Source: Euglena gracilis (taxonomy: Eukaryota). Taken from it: a stretch of DNA of 64,000 nt. Below are positions 13,101 through 24,812 of this stretch, in pieces. The notes below the pieces were generated by a model that was not told the origin of the DNA, did not search any database, and saw only the letters and a list, made by a program, of their open reading frames with translations. A program made the position numbers and the translations under genes. Each line of letters begins with the position of its first letter. Positions within the stretch are counted from its first letter, which is position 1. Where the stretch lies: the NCBI GenBank assembly GCA_039621445.1, contig CP154954.1:27330123-27394122 (forward strand), read 5' to 3'.

Positions 13101-16100
13101 CGCTATGCAGAAGGCCAGACCCCCCACACATGGGAGCGGTATTTTCTCCCGGTGACAAACTGCAGTTGCTTCCGCTTTGCCGGGACCTGCACCACGCACG
13201 CACACCACCAGGGCTTTGCCAGCTCCAGAACCAATGGAACCAACGGAGGAATCTTTCTTTTTATAGCTCCGTCTATGCAGGGCACAGAAAGGGTCATAGT
13301 CTACCTCTCCGATTTTCACTCCCCGCGCACACTTGTTTTCCCAAGGCGTCCCCTAACCAGAGTGCAAAGGAAAGGTTGCCAACCAGTCAGTCTTGAGAAT
13401 TGATCCCGCTTTGCAATGCCCAAGACCTCGAAAGGAAGTCGGACATCACTGTCGGGGACAATAACAAAGGGGACCACTTTTTTGCTGTAGCACACCGTTT
13501 TGCAACCCTTGGTGAATTTTAAAATGGACTGTTTCAAAGAGCAGCCTCGTGGGATTTTTAGGGGAGGGAGTCCTCGTGGAATGGAGATTCAACAACACTC
13601 TGTTGTACAATTTTGTCAGAAACAACAGTTTCATGACGTTTGGCCACAGGATGTTTCAATTTAGCTTTGGGGTTTTGTGGTCCTTAGGGAATGGGTATAG
13701 TCGTACTCCACATATTCCAAGGGCGAAAAAAAAATGATTTTGACCTCTTTGGTGCCGTTGAAAGTTTGTTTGCGGTGAATTTTAAGGCGGTGTCGACCCC
13801 ACCGTGGGGGTTGCCTGCCTGGGCAGGCACTCCAAGGCACCTAGATCCCCCCCGGGAGGTAGGGCATATGGCCAAAAGTGCCTGGCATTTCGCCACATTT
13901 CTGGCGCCAAAGGCGCCGGAAGCCCAGAAAAGGCCATTTTGGGCATTTTTTTGGCCCACAACCAGGCAGGCACCGACCCCCCCCCAGTGCCCAGGCACTC
14001 CGGGGCACTTTGAGACCCCCTCCCCCCGGGGTTGGTCAATTTCAGCCTGGTGGGGCCAAAACACTCTAGGTTCAGAAGACCTGCGGTCCGGTTTGCCAGT
14101 GATGCATTTCAGAGACGCAACGAAGCAAATCAAATTTGATGAGCTGCCTTTAATCCAGGGGAATGCACGGCGGATTTTTTTTTTGAGACATGAGTGAAAG
14201 CAACCTGCTCTTTGGCATGTGACCCTTGTCTGCTGAGACGTTCGTGGTATTCCAGTCCACCAGCTGTGGCCGTTGGCACGACGGCAAGCTGGTCTGCCCA
14301 GCCCTGTGCCCAGCGACCCTCTCAGCAGGGTCTGCTGCCCAACCACCCGAGGCCACCGATCAGGCACGGATAAGGCTAGAGGAGCGACGATGGCCTTGCC
14401 AGCAAGGAATGCTCTGAGTTGCCACCTCGGGACATCACCCCAACCTGTGGGGTGTGCGATGGTGCGATGGACCCGCGCAGCAGTGCCCCAGCCAGATCTG
14501 TTGCAGCGCGCTCTGGAAAATTGAAACCGGGCTTGGGAAGGCCAAAATTGGTGATTCTTGGCCCTCCTGTATACTAAGCCACACCCAGCCCAGGCACCGG
14601 CAGGCCAAGAGGGCAGTGACTTGAACAAAGTGAACGTCTTTGGCAATTTTGGGTCACCTTTTTGGCTCACTGCCCATTTTGCCTGTGTTGACAGGGGTTG
14701 CCATTGTGTATTTCCAACGTGGTGTCCCAGATTACCCCAACCCAGCCCCTTTTGCCTGGACTGGGTTTGGCTTGGCATATAGGAGTGGCCAGGAATTGCA
14801 AAATTTTGCCCTCCCAGGCCCAATTTCAATTTTCTGTGGCGCGCTATGGCAGAGCTGGCTGCTGCGTGGGGCAGGGGTACGCCAGAACATTTGATTACCT
14901 TTGGCTACGTTTGAGCACTTTTGAGTGTGTTTAAGTGTGTTTGAGAACGTTTGGGGACATTTGCCGCCATCACCATACCCCACAGGCTGGGTGAGCTTTG
15001 AGCCTGGGGTCAGCTACCACCTACAAAATTTGGATCCCCCTACTGAATTCCCTCTTGACAAAAAAATGTGTTGAAAACAACACACAGCAAAGTCGTGCCA
15101 TCCGTCTCTGGTGGAGATTGTGCCAGGCGCATAAGGTGCGGAATTTGCCATTGTATCTGAGCCCAACTGGTCTCCCTTTTTGGTTTTGTCAGCGAGCACA
15201 CTGAGTGTTCATCTTTTTGCATTTTGCAACTTGTTCACCAAAAAGTGAGCTGTGTGATTATTCATTTGGTGTTTAGAGTTCTTCTGGCATCTTCTCAAAT
15301 TGAACCTACCAGAAGAACAGCATTGGGTATTAGTAGGCTATTGGTAGGTGCACTGCCAGTTGAAAAGCAAAGTTGCATCATGTGCGGATGATGGAATGAT
15401 GAACAAACCCAAATATGACCTTGCTGCTTTTTCCAGTATGGTTTTTTTGGCATGGCCCAACAGGTGGGTGGGGGTGGGAGGAGCAAATTGTTGCATTATT
15501 TGCAATTTTGGAATTGTCCAAAATATTGAAAATTTGCATTTTCACAAAATCCGCATCTTTGAGAATTTGGGAAAGTTTATTTTTTGGAATTTTGTATGCC
15601 TTTTTTTGACTTTTTTTGACTCTTTTTTAAGAGGCAATTGTTCTTCTGCAAGAATCCCCAGACAAACATACACGTATGCAACTAAAAATTATTGTATCAT
15701 GGAATGGAACTGTGCGTTCTAGGCAATTGACCCTGTCAATGTAAAAGTCTGCGCCTCTTTTTTCTCTTGTGTAATTTTTTGACCTTTTTGGATTTTTCTT
15801 TGAGGATTTGTGCAAAGCACTGTTCTGATCATCTTTATGTTTTCTGATCTCAAAAAAATGCGAATGATTGTTCAAAATATGAACCGTATTTGCACAGGAA
15901 ATTATGTCGCAAAATATAAACAACCAACCATCCTGGAAGAGCTGAACGTTTTCAAAAACGTCCAGAAGACGTCCTAAAGAAATTTACATGCAATTTGCAT
16001 TCTTTTGTGTTTTTGCACTGCTTATGTTGAGGCTGTTGCAATTCCCCCCTGGTGATTTGTTTCACACCGGAAGGCTTCTCCCAAAATCAAACGCATATCT

Positions 16101-17289
16101 GCACATTGCGTCAGTTCTCTGCACCTTTGATTCCATTTAAACGGGCGGCCCCTTCCCATACCCACACGATGGTCTGCCCACCCCCTGGCGTGGTGGTACG
16201 CGCAGTGTGCGAGATATTTCTGGCGGGGGCTGCAGCCATGGTTTGGTGCTGACATTGAGAAGTACAAACAGGTGAAATGGCTTTGCTTTGTGTTCTGTTG
16301 TTGTTTCATTTTTTGCCAGTTCTCAAAAATACCCGCCAAATTGCCACCACCATCAAAAACCAGTGCTTAAAAATTACAACTCAAAACAATTTTCCGGGTT
16401 CTTACTCCTCCCTTCCTCACACCACTCATTTGAGATTGCTGATTTCTCAGAGTTGCAGATAAGGTCTGCTACTTGATGTGAGCAATGCCAGAAAAGGTTT
16501 TGTCCAGGGAGAGATGCCAACAAGGGATACTGCAGATGACCTGGACTGCTATCTGTCTGTCTGCCTGTCTGCCTGTCTATCGGCCTGCCTGCCTGTCTGT
16601 CTGTCTGTCTGTCTGCCGTTGAATTGCCCCTTACCGCATTGTGCTGAGCCTGTTGCTTGCTTCGAGCCATGCACACCGGCAGAGCTGGCGGATGCAGTGC
16701 ATTAATATAACCCGAAACAGCCCCTGCGCCCGTGCCATTGTTTCTTTTTTTTGCAGCCGGCCTTTGCTTTCTTCTGGCGGTGCATCTGCTGGCCCCTCTC
16801 GCAGGAAGTGGTCCTTGGTGGCCACCTCCCCGCCGCCGGCGTGATTGGCATGCACGTACGTCGCAGTGACAGCCGGGCCCTGGCTCCACCTCTGCTGTTT
16901 TGGCACTCCAGGTGAAGCCCTTTCTGCGAAGGGTCCTCCCAGAGAATGCAAATCTGCACCCCCTCTTTCTGGTGTTTTTTTTTGACAGGGAATAATCCAA
17001 TATTGGAAGGCAGTTTTGGGCAACCTGTTTCTGGCAGAATGCCTGTGATTTTAGCGGGTTAGTTGTTATCCTGGGCAAGTTGGTAAACGTCAGATCCAGC
17101 TGCCCCCACAAAGTAGTTTCAATTCTCTCCCTTTCTGGTTGGGGTGCCAGCCTCTCATTGACAGCCAGCATTTCTCAAACCTGCCCGCCTACCCCCCACC
17201 CCCATAGTCGCCCAACATACACACACACACACACACACACACACCAACACCCACACCCACACCCACACCCACACCCACACCCACACCCA

Positions 17290-17343
<54 letters not shown>

Positions 17344-20300
17344 CGCCATACATACAGCAGCCCGCCGGCAAGGTGGCGTGCTACCACCGGGAGCAGTGCC
17401 GCAAGACGGAGATGGGGTTCCTCCCGTTCGAGGCGTATATGCGCAGTGCCGAAGAGTTGCGGCGAGCCAATGCGGCGCTGCACACCATTTTCCTGACGAC
17501 CGAGGACGACCAGGTGTGCATGTTGCACATGCTCCCCTCTGTGGATGGGAGAGAAGTTGAATTGATAATTGGCAGTGTTTTATCAGAAAACCAAAGTTTC
17601 GGAAATGAAGGCAAAGTCGCGTTCAAGCTTCTTTTTAAGGAAGTACACGCTCCCCCCCCCCGGGGGGCTTGCACTTCAATTCAAATTCTGCTCTTTGAGC
17701 AGCTGGACGATGGCAGATTCTTGACCCAAAATTTTTTTTGCAAAATACGGTCCAAAATCGGCAGACCGGCAGAATTTTTTGTACAATTTCCCGATTTTGG
17801 TTTCAGTTTAGTTCTTTAATGTTCCCTGGGGGGCTGCTGCGGCCCCGATTGCAACCCAATTTCAGCCCAGCCACAGCAACTGGTGGGGCATAGTTTGGCT
17901 GGGGGGACCTCATCTCTACCCTGCCCAGCAGTCTTAGCCTTTGAAGTAATCCCACCCTAATATTTGAAACCGGAGCCTTTTGTAATGGCTTCCGAGAATT
18001 GGCCCCACCAGGGGTGCCTCATGTTTGGGTTTGAGAAAGAAGAAATGGGATCAAAACGGCAAATTGCGTGCAGGCTGTCTGGATGGGAAAAATTTGACCG
18101 AGGGGATCTTGAAGATCCCTGGAGTGCCTGGGCGGGAGGGAATCGTGCCTGCCTGGCCATGGGCCCGAAATGGGGTCAAGGGTGGCCCTGTTTGGGCCTT
18201 CGTCACCTTCGGCGCATGAGTGCCTTGACCGAGGGCCCAAGTTTTTTTGGTCACATGTCTTCCCCCCCAGGGAATTTTCCTTCTGACTGAGGGGTCCCCC
18301 CATCCACCCAGGAGGAACCCTCCTGGGGGGGTTTGGGGGAATCCCATTTGACCCCCCACTTTTTGGGGGCCAATTTTGGACCCCCACCCAGGCATTATTT
18401 TTTAAGGCGAGATTTCTCAAAAAATTTTAAGGTGTTTTTACAGGTTTTTTACGGTTTTTTGAGGATTTTTGAGGATTTTTAAAAAAAAATTAAAGGTTTT
18501 TTAAGGCATTTTTTTTCTCAACTAAAATGTCAGACCCCGAAGATGGCCCGATGGCTTCAGACTCCTCTGTGGCTTCGGAACGCTCAAGGAAGGAGCCTAG
18601 GGCGAAACATGGGGATCAGGCGGTCCATGAGGGACAGTTATTGTCAACAGGCAAGCAAATGTCCTGAATAGGGTCAGATATTTAAAGTAATTGCAATGAA
18701 AAAAAAATGTATGGTTTTGGTTCTGGGTCAGCAATGTTACGTGGTTGCCAGAAATTGTATTTCTTGGGTTCTCAGGCATTTGTGATTCCCCCATTTCACC
18801 TGTGCACATGGTGGGATGTGCTGGGGTAGAAGGTGTTTGGTGTTTTTAACAAAAGGATCCCCTCAACAGTGGGGTGTAACAGTTCATAAGCTGTTCTCCG
18901 GCGTCAGGATAGAGGGTCCCAGAAATTTCGTATGGAAATTTTACCCTAACCCAACGCCTTTAAATAACATCATCAACTTTTTAGGTTCTGAATTGCAGCG
19001 GCCTTCGGCCGCCTCCGGGGGGGGGGGGGCTTAAAAAGTCGGTGACTAGTCGATCGAATTTTGAAGGGTCGACCGACTAGTTGATCGACTAGTCGGTGGG
19101 GTCAAAAACCCCGTTTACATTAGACTGGGGGAGGGGAAGGTTCTGGGTAGTTGATCGACCTAGTCTATCGACTACCCAGAACTCTATCCCTAACCCTAAC
19201 CCTAACCCTAACCCTATCCCTAACGGTATCCCTAACTCCAACCCTGTCCCTAATCTTATCCCTAACCCTATCCCAAACCCTAACCCCAACCCTATCCCTA
19301 ACCGTATTCCTAACCCTATCCCTAACCCCCTATGTCCAATGGCCACCCCCCCCGGTCAGAGGACACTTTTTCGGAGGTTTGACCAAATTTTTGGTCCCGG
19401 CGTGGAGCGCCGGGACGAAAATTTTTGCCCAAAAATTGGCCAAAAATTTGGCCAAATTGCCATTTTTGACACTTTTTGGACAAAAATTTGTCAAAATTGC
19501 CCAAAATTTTCGGCGCGAAGCGCCGAAAGGGAACATTTGGGCATTTCTGGGTGGGTAGGGACCCGGGTACCCACCAACTTTCTTTTGACCCCATGTCCAA
19601 CGACCAGCCCCCCGGTCAGAGGACAGAGGACATGGGGGGGGGGGTAGGGATTGTCCCCTAACCGATAGGCTATTCACTTTGGGAGCCCGGAAATCCAATC
19701 ACACCGATAATCCTCGGGTGCCCCGACCTACTCAGGGGGGGGGGTCCGACCCCCCCGCCGGCCGGGGTGGTATGTCCCTAACCCTAATCCAAACCCTAAC
19801 CCTAACCCTATCAATGACCCTATCCCGAACCCTAACCCTATCTCTAACCCCTAACCATATCCCCATTCCATCCCTAACCCTGACAGTTTGACGGTTTATA
19901 AACCAAATTGAGAAGAATTTGGTCGGGGGGGGGGCTTAAATTTCAAAAAGGGGGGGTAATGCGGCACAGTGGAGGTCGGGCCGACCTGGTCGGCCGACCT
20001 CCACAGGTCGATAACACCATGGTCGGGCCGACCATAGGTCGGCACGACCTCCAGAAGTAGCATGGCCAATATTCCGCCCGGGGCCCATTACACACTACCT
20101 CTCTCATGCCAGAAACCTTGGCAAACAATCCGGTTTTCACATTGTTTGTTCACAACCGCTTCTGCATTGATTGGCTTTAAGCGGGGTGTCAAACATGCCA
20201 TTATTTGTTTGTTGCAAGAAAAAAATTCCAGGGAGAATTTTTAAGGTTTTTTAAGGTCATCACAGGGATGAAAAACTTCCCCGGGGTGATTTTTTAAGGT

Positions 20301-22747
20301 TTTTTAAGGTTTTTTAAGGTTTTTTAAGGCATTTTGGCAAAAAAAAAATTTGAGGTTTTTTAAGGTTTTTTAAGGCGCCTTAAAAAATAATAATGCCTGC
20401 CCCCACCCAACAGGATAGGAGGGGGTACACCGGGGTGTCAGGGAATCGTGTCCAGCCTTGGCCCCAACGCCACTCACCGGGGGTGGGGTTTAGTGGACCC
20501 ACACACCCAACCCCAGCTTTCGATATAAGGGCAGGTGGGGGGTGGGTCGGACCGGCAGGGGGTGGGGAAGTCCCCTCCTGTACTAGTGGCGCGGTCCGGG
20601 TGACCGAAATTTGGGCTGAAGACTTGACCCCCCCAAAAAAAAAGTTGGCAAGAAGTGCCATTTTGGGCACTTCTTGGGTTAAAAAAAAATACTTCCAAAA
20701 ATGCCAAAAGCAGTTTCGGTGCAAAGTGCCCGAAGGAAAATCTTCATTTTTTTTTTGAGGTGGTCCTGGGTACCCCCCCTGGGTTGGTCCACACCCCCAG
20801 GCAGGTGGCAGGTGGGAGGCCTCTGGTCGGGGGGGGGGGGGCTCCTCTAACCTGTGCACCCTCCTTATATCGATCCCTGCCCAACCCCCTGAAAAGTCAG
20901 ACCTGGGCACCTTGGAGTGCTACAGCAGGCACCTCCTGGGGTCGGATTGACTTAAAGTCCAGCCTGGTGCTGAGGCAAAAGAAGCAGAAAGGTGTCCAGC
21001 AAACAGTGGGCTGGCCAGCTTGGCTGGTGGCACCGCCCCAGGGAGGGGGACGAAAGGTGAAACTCATCATGATTTTCAGCTCCTGCTGTGAGGCTCAGTC
21101 TGAGTACCTCTTCGCCCTGGGCGATTCAGTTTGCTGAATGAGAGTGGAGGGAGCCCACTGGGGACCCACCCCAATGAACAAGTTCAAGGCCGTGTATCTC
21201 TTGAAAGGGGGGCTGGGCTGGAAATTTGGGCGGACTCGCTACAGGGGGAGGTGGACTTCTACCGCGGAACTGGATCCCCGCTGTGGAAGTGCCCCCCCCC
21301 CCCTGCCGTGACAGTGAGCTCTTTCCCCCTTCCTCGACCACAGGTTGTGAATGAGACGCGACTGCCCGCCTACTCCGCGTGGCGGTTTGTCATCCCCGCT
21401 GAGGAGCGCCACAACTGGAACCACCACCGCGCCATGGATGAGAGGGGGCCTTTGCCCCTCGTCCGCCTGTCGCCCGCGCGTCCACTTCGGCGCTGGATGC
21501 GTCCCCAAAGGGACCGAAGGCGCGTCGTCCCGTGTTGAAAGGTGGTTTGGGACTCGAGAAAATGCTTAGCATTCTATGTGTCAACGTCCCAAGAAACACC
21601 ATCCCCGGGGGCTTTCGTGCATCAATTTAGCGACCACCCAAGGAGGCGTCTTCTTGTGGCGTTGCCCTGCCCAGGATTTTGCTTGAGGGTTCGCAGTACC
21701 TCCTCGGGTGGGGGGATCGACTGCAGCTAGTCCAAAATTGATCTGCGGAAAACCTTGTGGACCCCTGGGGTGGGTCCGCTAGCAGGGCCAGCTTGAGGGA
21801 AATTCTTTTCCATGACCGGTGCTGGGGTCACAGATTTTTTAGACCCCCCAAAATGCCAATTTTGACAATTATGGGATTTTTTTTGTGGAACAAAATCGGC
21901 AAAAAAAACACTTGAAACCCTCATTTCACATCGGCGTGTTGCGCCGGAGAAATTTCCAGTTGGGGACCCCCCAGGAGGGGGTCTAGCTAGTGGTTTTTCC
22001 CCGTGTCTAGCAAAATGACTGACCAGTGGACCCCCCCCCCCCGGGTCCCTGAGCAAAAGCCTGGCCCCTGCCACCAATCACATCTTTACGGCTTTAGAGC
22101 ATGTCGGTGCTCCTGATTTCGTTCGCTGTGCCAGGGCCCCTCAGAAGCGGCCTTGCGAGGCCGGTGGGCAACCTTGCCCTCCATTTGGAGGCGGCGGCGC
22201 TGGTGTGCACCATGCAGTCCAACTGGTGCCGCACCCGGACTGTTGTTTTCCCCCGCATTGAATTTCTTGGACCAGAGGGACAGAATTGCCACAGCCCCCT
22301 TGTCTCTTGGCACCGTGCGGTCAGTCTCTCCTCCCTGGGAAGCGTTCCTTTTTTTTCCACAGGGAGGGGATGTTGCTGCTCCTCCGTATATTCATGGGGA
22401 AGCGACAGCTCAAAGTGCCAGTGGACAAAGCGTTGAAGAATCCAAGTGGGACTAGATTTCCACCCGTCCAGGAAGTTATTTCCCCCTTTGAGGGAACCGA
22501 TTATATTTTTCTAAAGGCTGATTTTTGAAAACCTTCCCAAGCCCGTCTTTCAATGTCAGAAAGAACAACACAGTCTGCCCGCATTGTTGATGAACTGCGA
22601 CGAACCACCGGACACGATGGGGACCCCAGGGTGGATTTGACTCCTCACGTCGACCCTTCAGACACTGACCCGCATTTTGATGTTGACTCCGACGGCACGT
22701 CTCCTCCCCCCACAGCCCCTGCTTCACATGTAGATCCTGGCCTCTGA
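10140..22747 (+). CDS. Spliced gene for a GT23-family alpha-1,6-fucosyltransferase-like type II membrane glycosyltransferase
   Basis: N-terminal signal anchor MPPRGLAVAALPL|ALCCLALFLASL (10140-10178, then 10341 onward). Family motifs follow in order: QASIFLHQNPRICN (~11506-11547), LLNQGLGAEVHLISWALGMAMQEG (~11775-11846), TWERYFLPVTNCS (~13128-13166), WWYAQCARYFWR (~16191-16226), IGMHVRRSD|KVAC (16805-16870 / 17370-17513), IFLTTEDDQ|VVNET (21344 onward), NLALHLEAAALVCTMQSNWCR|IVDELRRT (22170-22232 / 22583-22747, stop). Some internal exon boundaries are unresolved. Confidence 0.85.
10179..10340 (+). other. Nonconventional intron (N6 variant)
   Basis: gag-CAGGG ... CCCTG-cccgct|G. Removal yields a continuous hydrophobic signal anchor. 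Confidence 0.7.
11971..12349. mobile_element. hAT-like MITE (CAGGCTTTTGCTTAAGG TIR)
   Basis: 17-bp TIR and perfect TSD ATGCTGAC. A relative lies at 21672-22063. Confidence 0.9.
16871..17369 (+). other. Nonconventional intron splitting the HVRRSD|K motif
   Basis: agc-CGGGC ... GCCCG-ccggc|A. Removal restores the GT23 HVRRxDK motif. Confidence 0.8.
17219..17341. repeat. (CA)n/(CACACC)n microsatellite
   Basis: Direct reading. Confidence 0.95.
19188..19326. repeat. Interstitial degenerate telomere-like repeat (CCCTAA/CCCTAT)n
   Basis: Hexamer array that continues at ~19776-19881 after a nested MITE. Confidence 0.85.
19326..19644. mobile_element. MITE (CCCCTATGTCC...GGACATGGGG) nested in a telomere-like tract
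   Basis: The interior is highly similar to the element at 30861-31273. Confidence 0.75.
21672..22063. mobile_element. hAT-like MITE related to 11971-12349
   Basis: CAGGATTTTGCTTGAGGG ... CCCTGAGCAAAAGCCTG, with flanks GCCCTGCC/GCCCCTGCC and shared CTGCAGCTAGTCCAAA and GGGTCTAGCTAG motifs. Confidence 0.75.
22233..22582 (+). other. Nonconventional intron
   Basis: acc-CGGACTGT ... ACAGTCTG-cccgc|A. Removal restores SNWCR|IVDELR. Confidence 0.88.
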
Positions 22748-24759
22748 TTCACTTGTTCAAGGATTGACATGCTTTGTGAATGCTGTGAATGCACCACTTC
22801 CGAAACTCGCAATGGCAGGATTTATGCAGCAGGTAGTATTATTCATTGTCTCAAGAAGCACAATCTTCCTTACTCCTTCCGAATTCTGTTGGCACGTTTT
22901 AGACTCAATCTTCCAGCAAATTATCCGGTCCGTCACAAACCACAGCTCCCAATGGTGATACGGTGGCAAGCTTCAGAGCGAAGACTGACAGTGACCTTCT
23001 TTCTTCTTCCAGCCAGCGCCTGCCATTGTTGGAATACATGACACAAAGATTGACAGAAGTTCTGAAAGGTTTTTGACTGAAATTCCCAAAACGTTTCTTG
23101 GGCTTATTTGAAGGTTTTTGACAAGGTTTTTATGTTTTATGTTTTTTTGGAACGAAAGGACATTTTATTTGAACCTTCTTGACACACTTCACAAAACAGC
23201 GCAATTTTTGTGAATTTTTTTTGCAGAAATCTACCCCCCCCCCAATGGAAAAGTGGTTTCTATTCAGCCCGTTGGCTGAGACCGGAGTGGAGATTTATAC
23301 TTGGGGCATGCTATTTCCCCTTCATTTGTACCAAGAGGTGGGTGTGTGCTTCATTTTCTTTTGAATTGTGATTAGACTGTTTTGGACCAAAGACGAGGTG
23401 TGAATTTGACATATCAGCACTCATCTCAAGTCCTGTACGCAATTGGACCAAACACCGTCTCATTTCGTAAAAGATCTGTAAATTATTTCATGCACTCTGC
23501 CAAATATTTCAAACAATTCTTCAAAGTAGTATGTCAAAAGCTTCCAAAACCTGTTTTCCCAAGTTGTAATTGAAATGTCAACACAGGGCGTTGGCTGAAA
23601 AAGAAAATGTGCCAATATGCATCAATGACTGGTACCAGAGAATCAAACCATTTGATTATCTGGAAATATATTTGTTCTTTACTCAAACAACTTTCTCTTC
23701 CGTCCTTTTTTTAAGGAAATGTTTTAAGGATTTTTTTTTCAAATGGATGGAGCTGGATCCGGTTCTATTGCAACAAAATTGCGGTTGGCCTCAACCCTCC
23801 AATCGTCAGAAAAGAGGGTGGTGGTGGCTACGGTGCACAGGAATCATGGACACCATTTTGATGGTGGGAGGGGGGGTGACCCTGTGGTGGGTGGGAGGTT
23901 CCACCACCACCCCCCGTTTAGGTCAGCACCTTCAACGTTGAAGGATTTTTTTTTGGGTGGATGGGTGGTTGGGGGGGGGTGACCTGCCCATCCACCCCCA
24001 GTCAGGCCTCAGGTTGTAAGGATTTAAGATGATTTCCCAAAAGATAAAGATTTTAAGGAGCATTTTAAGGTGTTTTGACGTTTTCTTCGAGATTTTTGAT
24101 TTTCGACATGTTTGACGCCCAGATCGCTCTTGAACCCTTGCAAACTGGCAAAAAGCTCTCTATCTTTTATTGAGTTTTGGGGGGATAGGCAATGTTCCAA
24201 AAGATGCCAAAAATCTTTTCTTCGTGGAGTTTGCTTGCTTTTGTCAAGGTTTTGAAAATCCATCTTTTTGCTCGGTTGGAGAAATTGTTGCTCGAATGAT
24301 GATTTTTTTAAGGTTTTTTGAGAGCGTTTTATGGTATTTTGAGGCCACAATTTTTGAAGATTTTTTGAAGGTTCATTTTCGGTTTTTCAAAGAATGTTTA
24401 AAAGGTTTTTTTTTGCTCATTTTCCCCAATTTTCCCCCACTTTGACTTTTTTTTGTTTTGTGATGTGTGTTTCTCAAGCAATTCTTCAACTTCTTCAACG
24501 GAAATGGTTTCAGACCACAGGGGCACCTGGCGGTGGGACTCTCGAAAATGCGCAAAAACACAGAAAATACACAAAGAAAAGCATATTTGTCTCGTTTTGG
24601 CCAAAAAATTGGACAGAAACAAAACAGGTTTCGGGCAAAAGTGACAAAAAAACTGACAAAATTTGATTTCAGGGATTTTTTTGTCGAAAAAGACAGTATT
24701 TTTTTTTTCAGCCGCCTGCAGTCACATCTCACTGTGTGAGAGCGATATACGCCCCGCTG

Positions 24760-24788
24760 CAGTCTGTTTTCTTTGGTGCCGCCCACAG
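24760..24788 (+). promoter_or_regulatory. Putative spliced-leader trans-splice acceptor (pyrimidine tract + CAG) upstream of the LRR gene
   Basis: tctgttttctttggtgccgcccacAG ends at 24788, 24 nt before ATG 24813. Similar acceptors precede ATG 10140 (AG at 10073) and ATG 43974 (AG at 43969). SL trans-splicing is established in Euglenozoa; its use at these sites is inferred. Confidence 0.45.
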
Positions 24789-24812
24789 ACGACGGTGGAT
24801 GTAGGCGTGGCG

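Larger units (their letters stand above)
18389..20399. mobile_element. 2-kb hAT-like element with nested insertions
   Basis: TIR CAGGCATTATT..TTTTAAGGCG / CGCCTTAAAAAATAATAATGCCTG, perfect TSD CCCCCACC, and subterminal TTTTTTAAGG repeats. Confidence 0.85.

Noticed and set aside
19096-19647. ORF with (PN/PI)n repeats, or a true chromosome end
   Set aside because: It is the translation of a degenerate interstitial CCCTAA array nested in a transposon within an intron.
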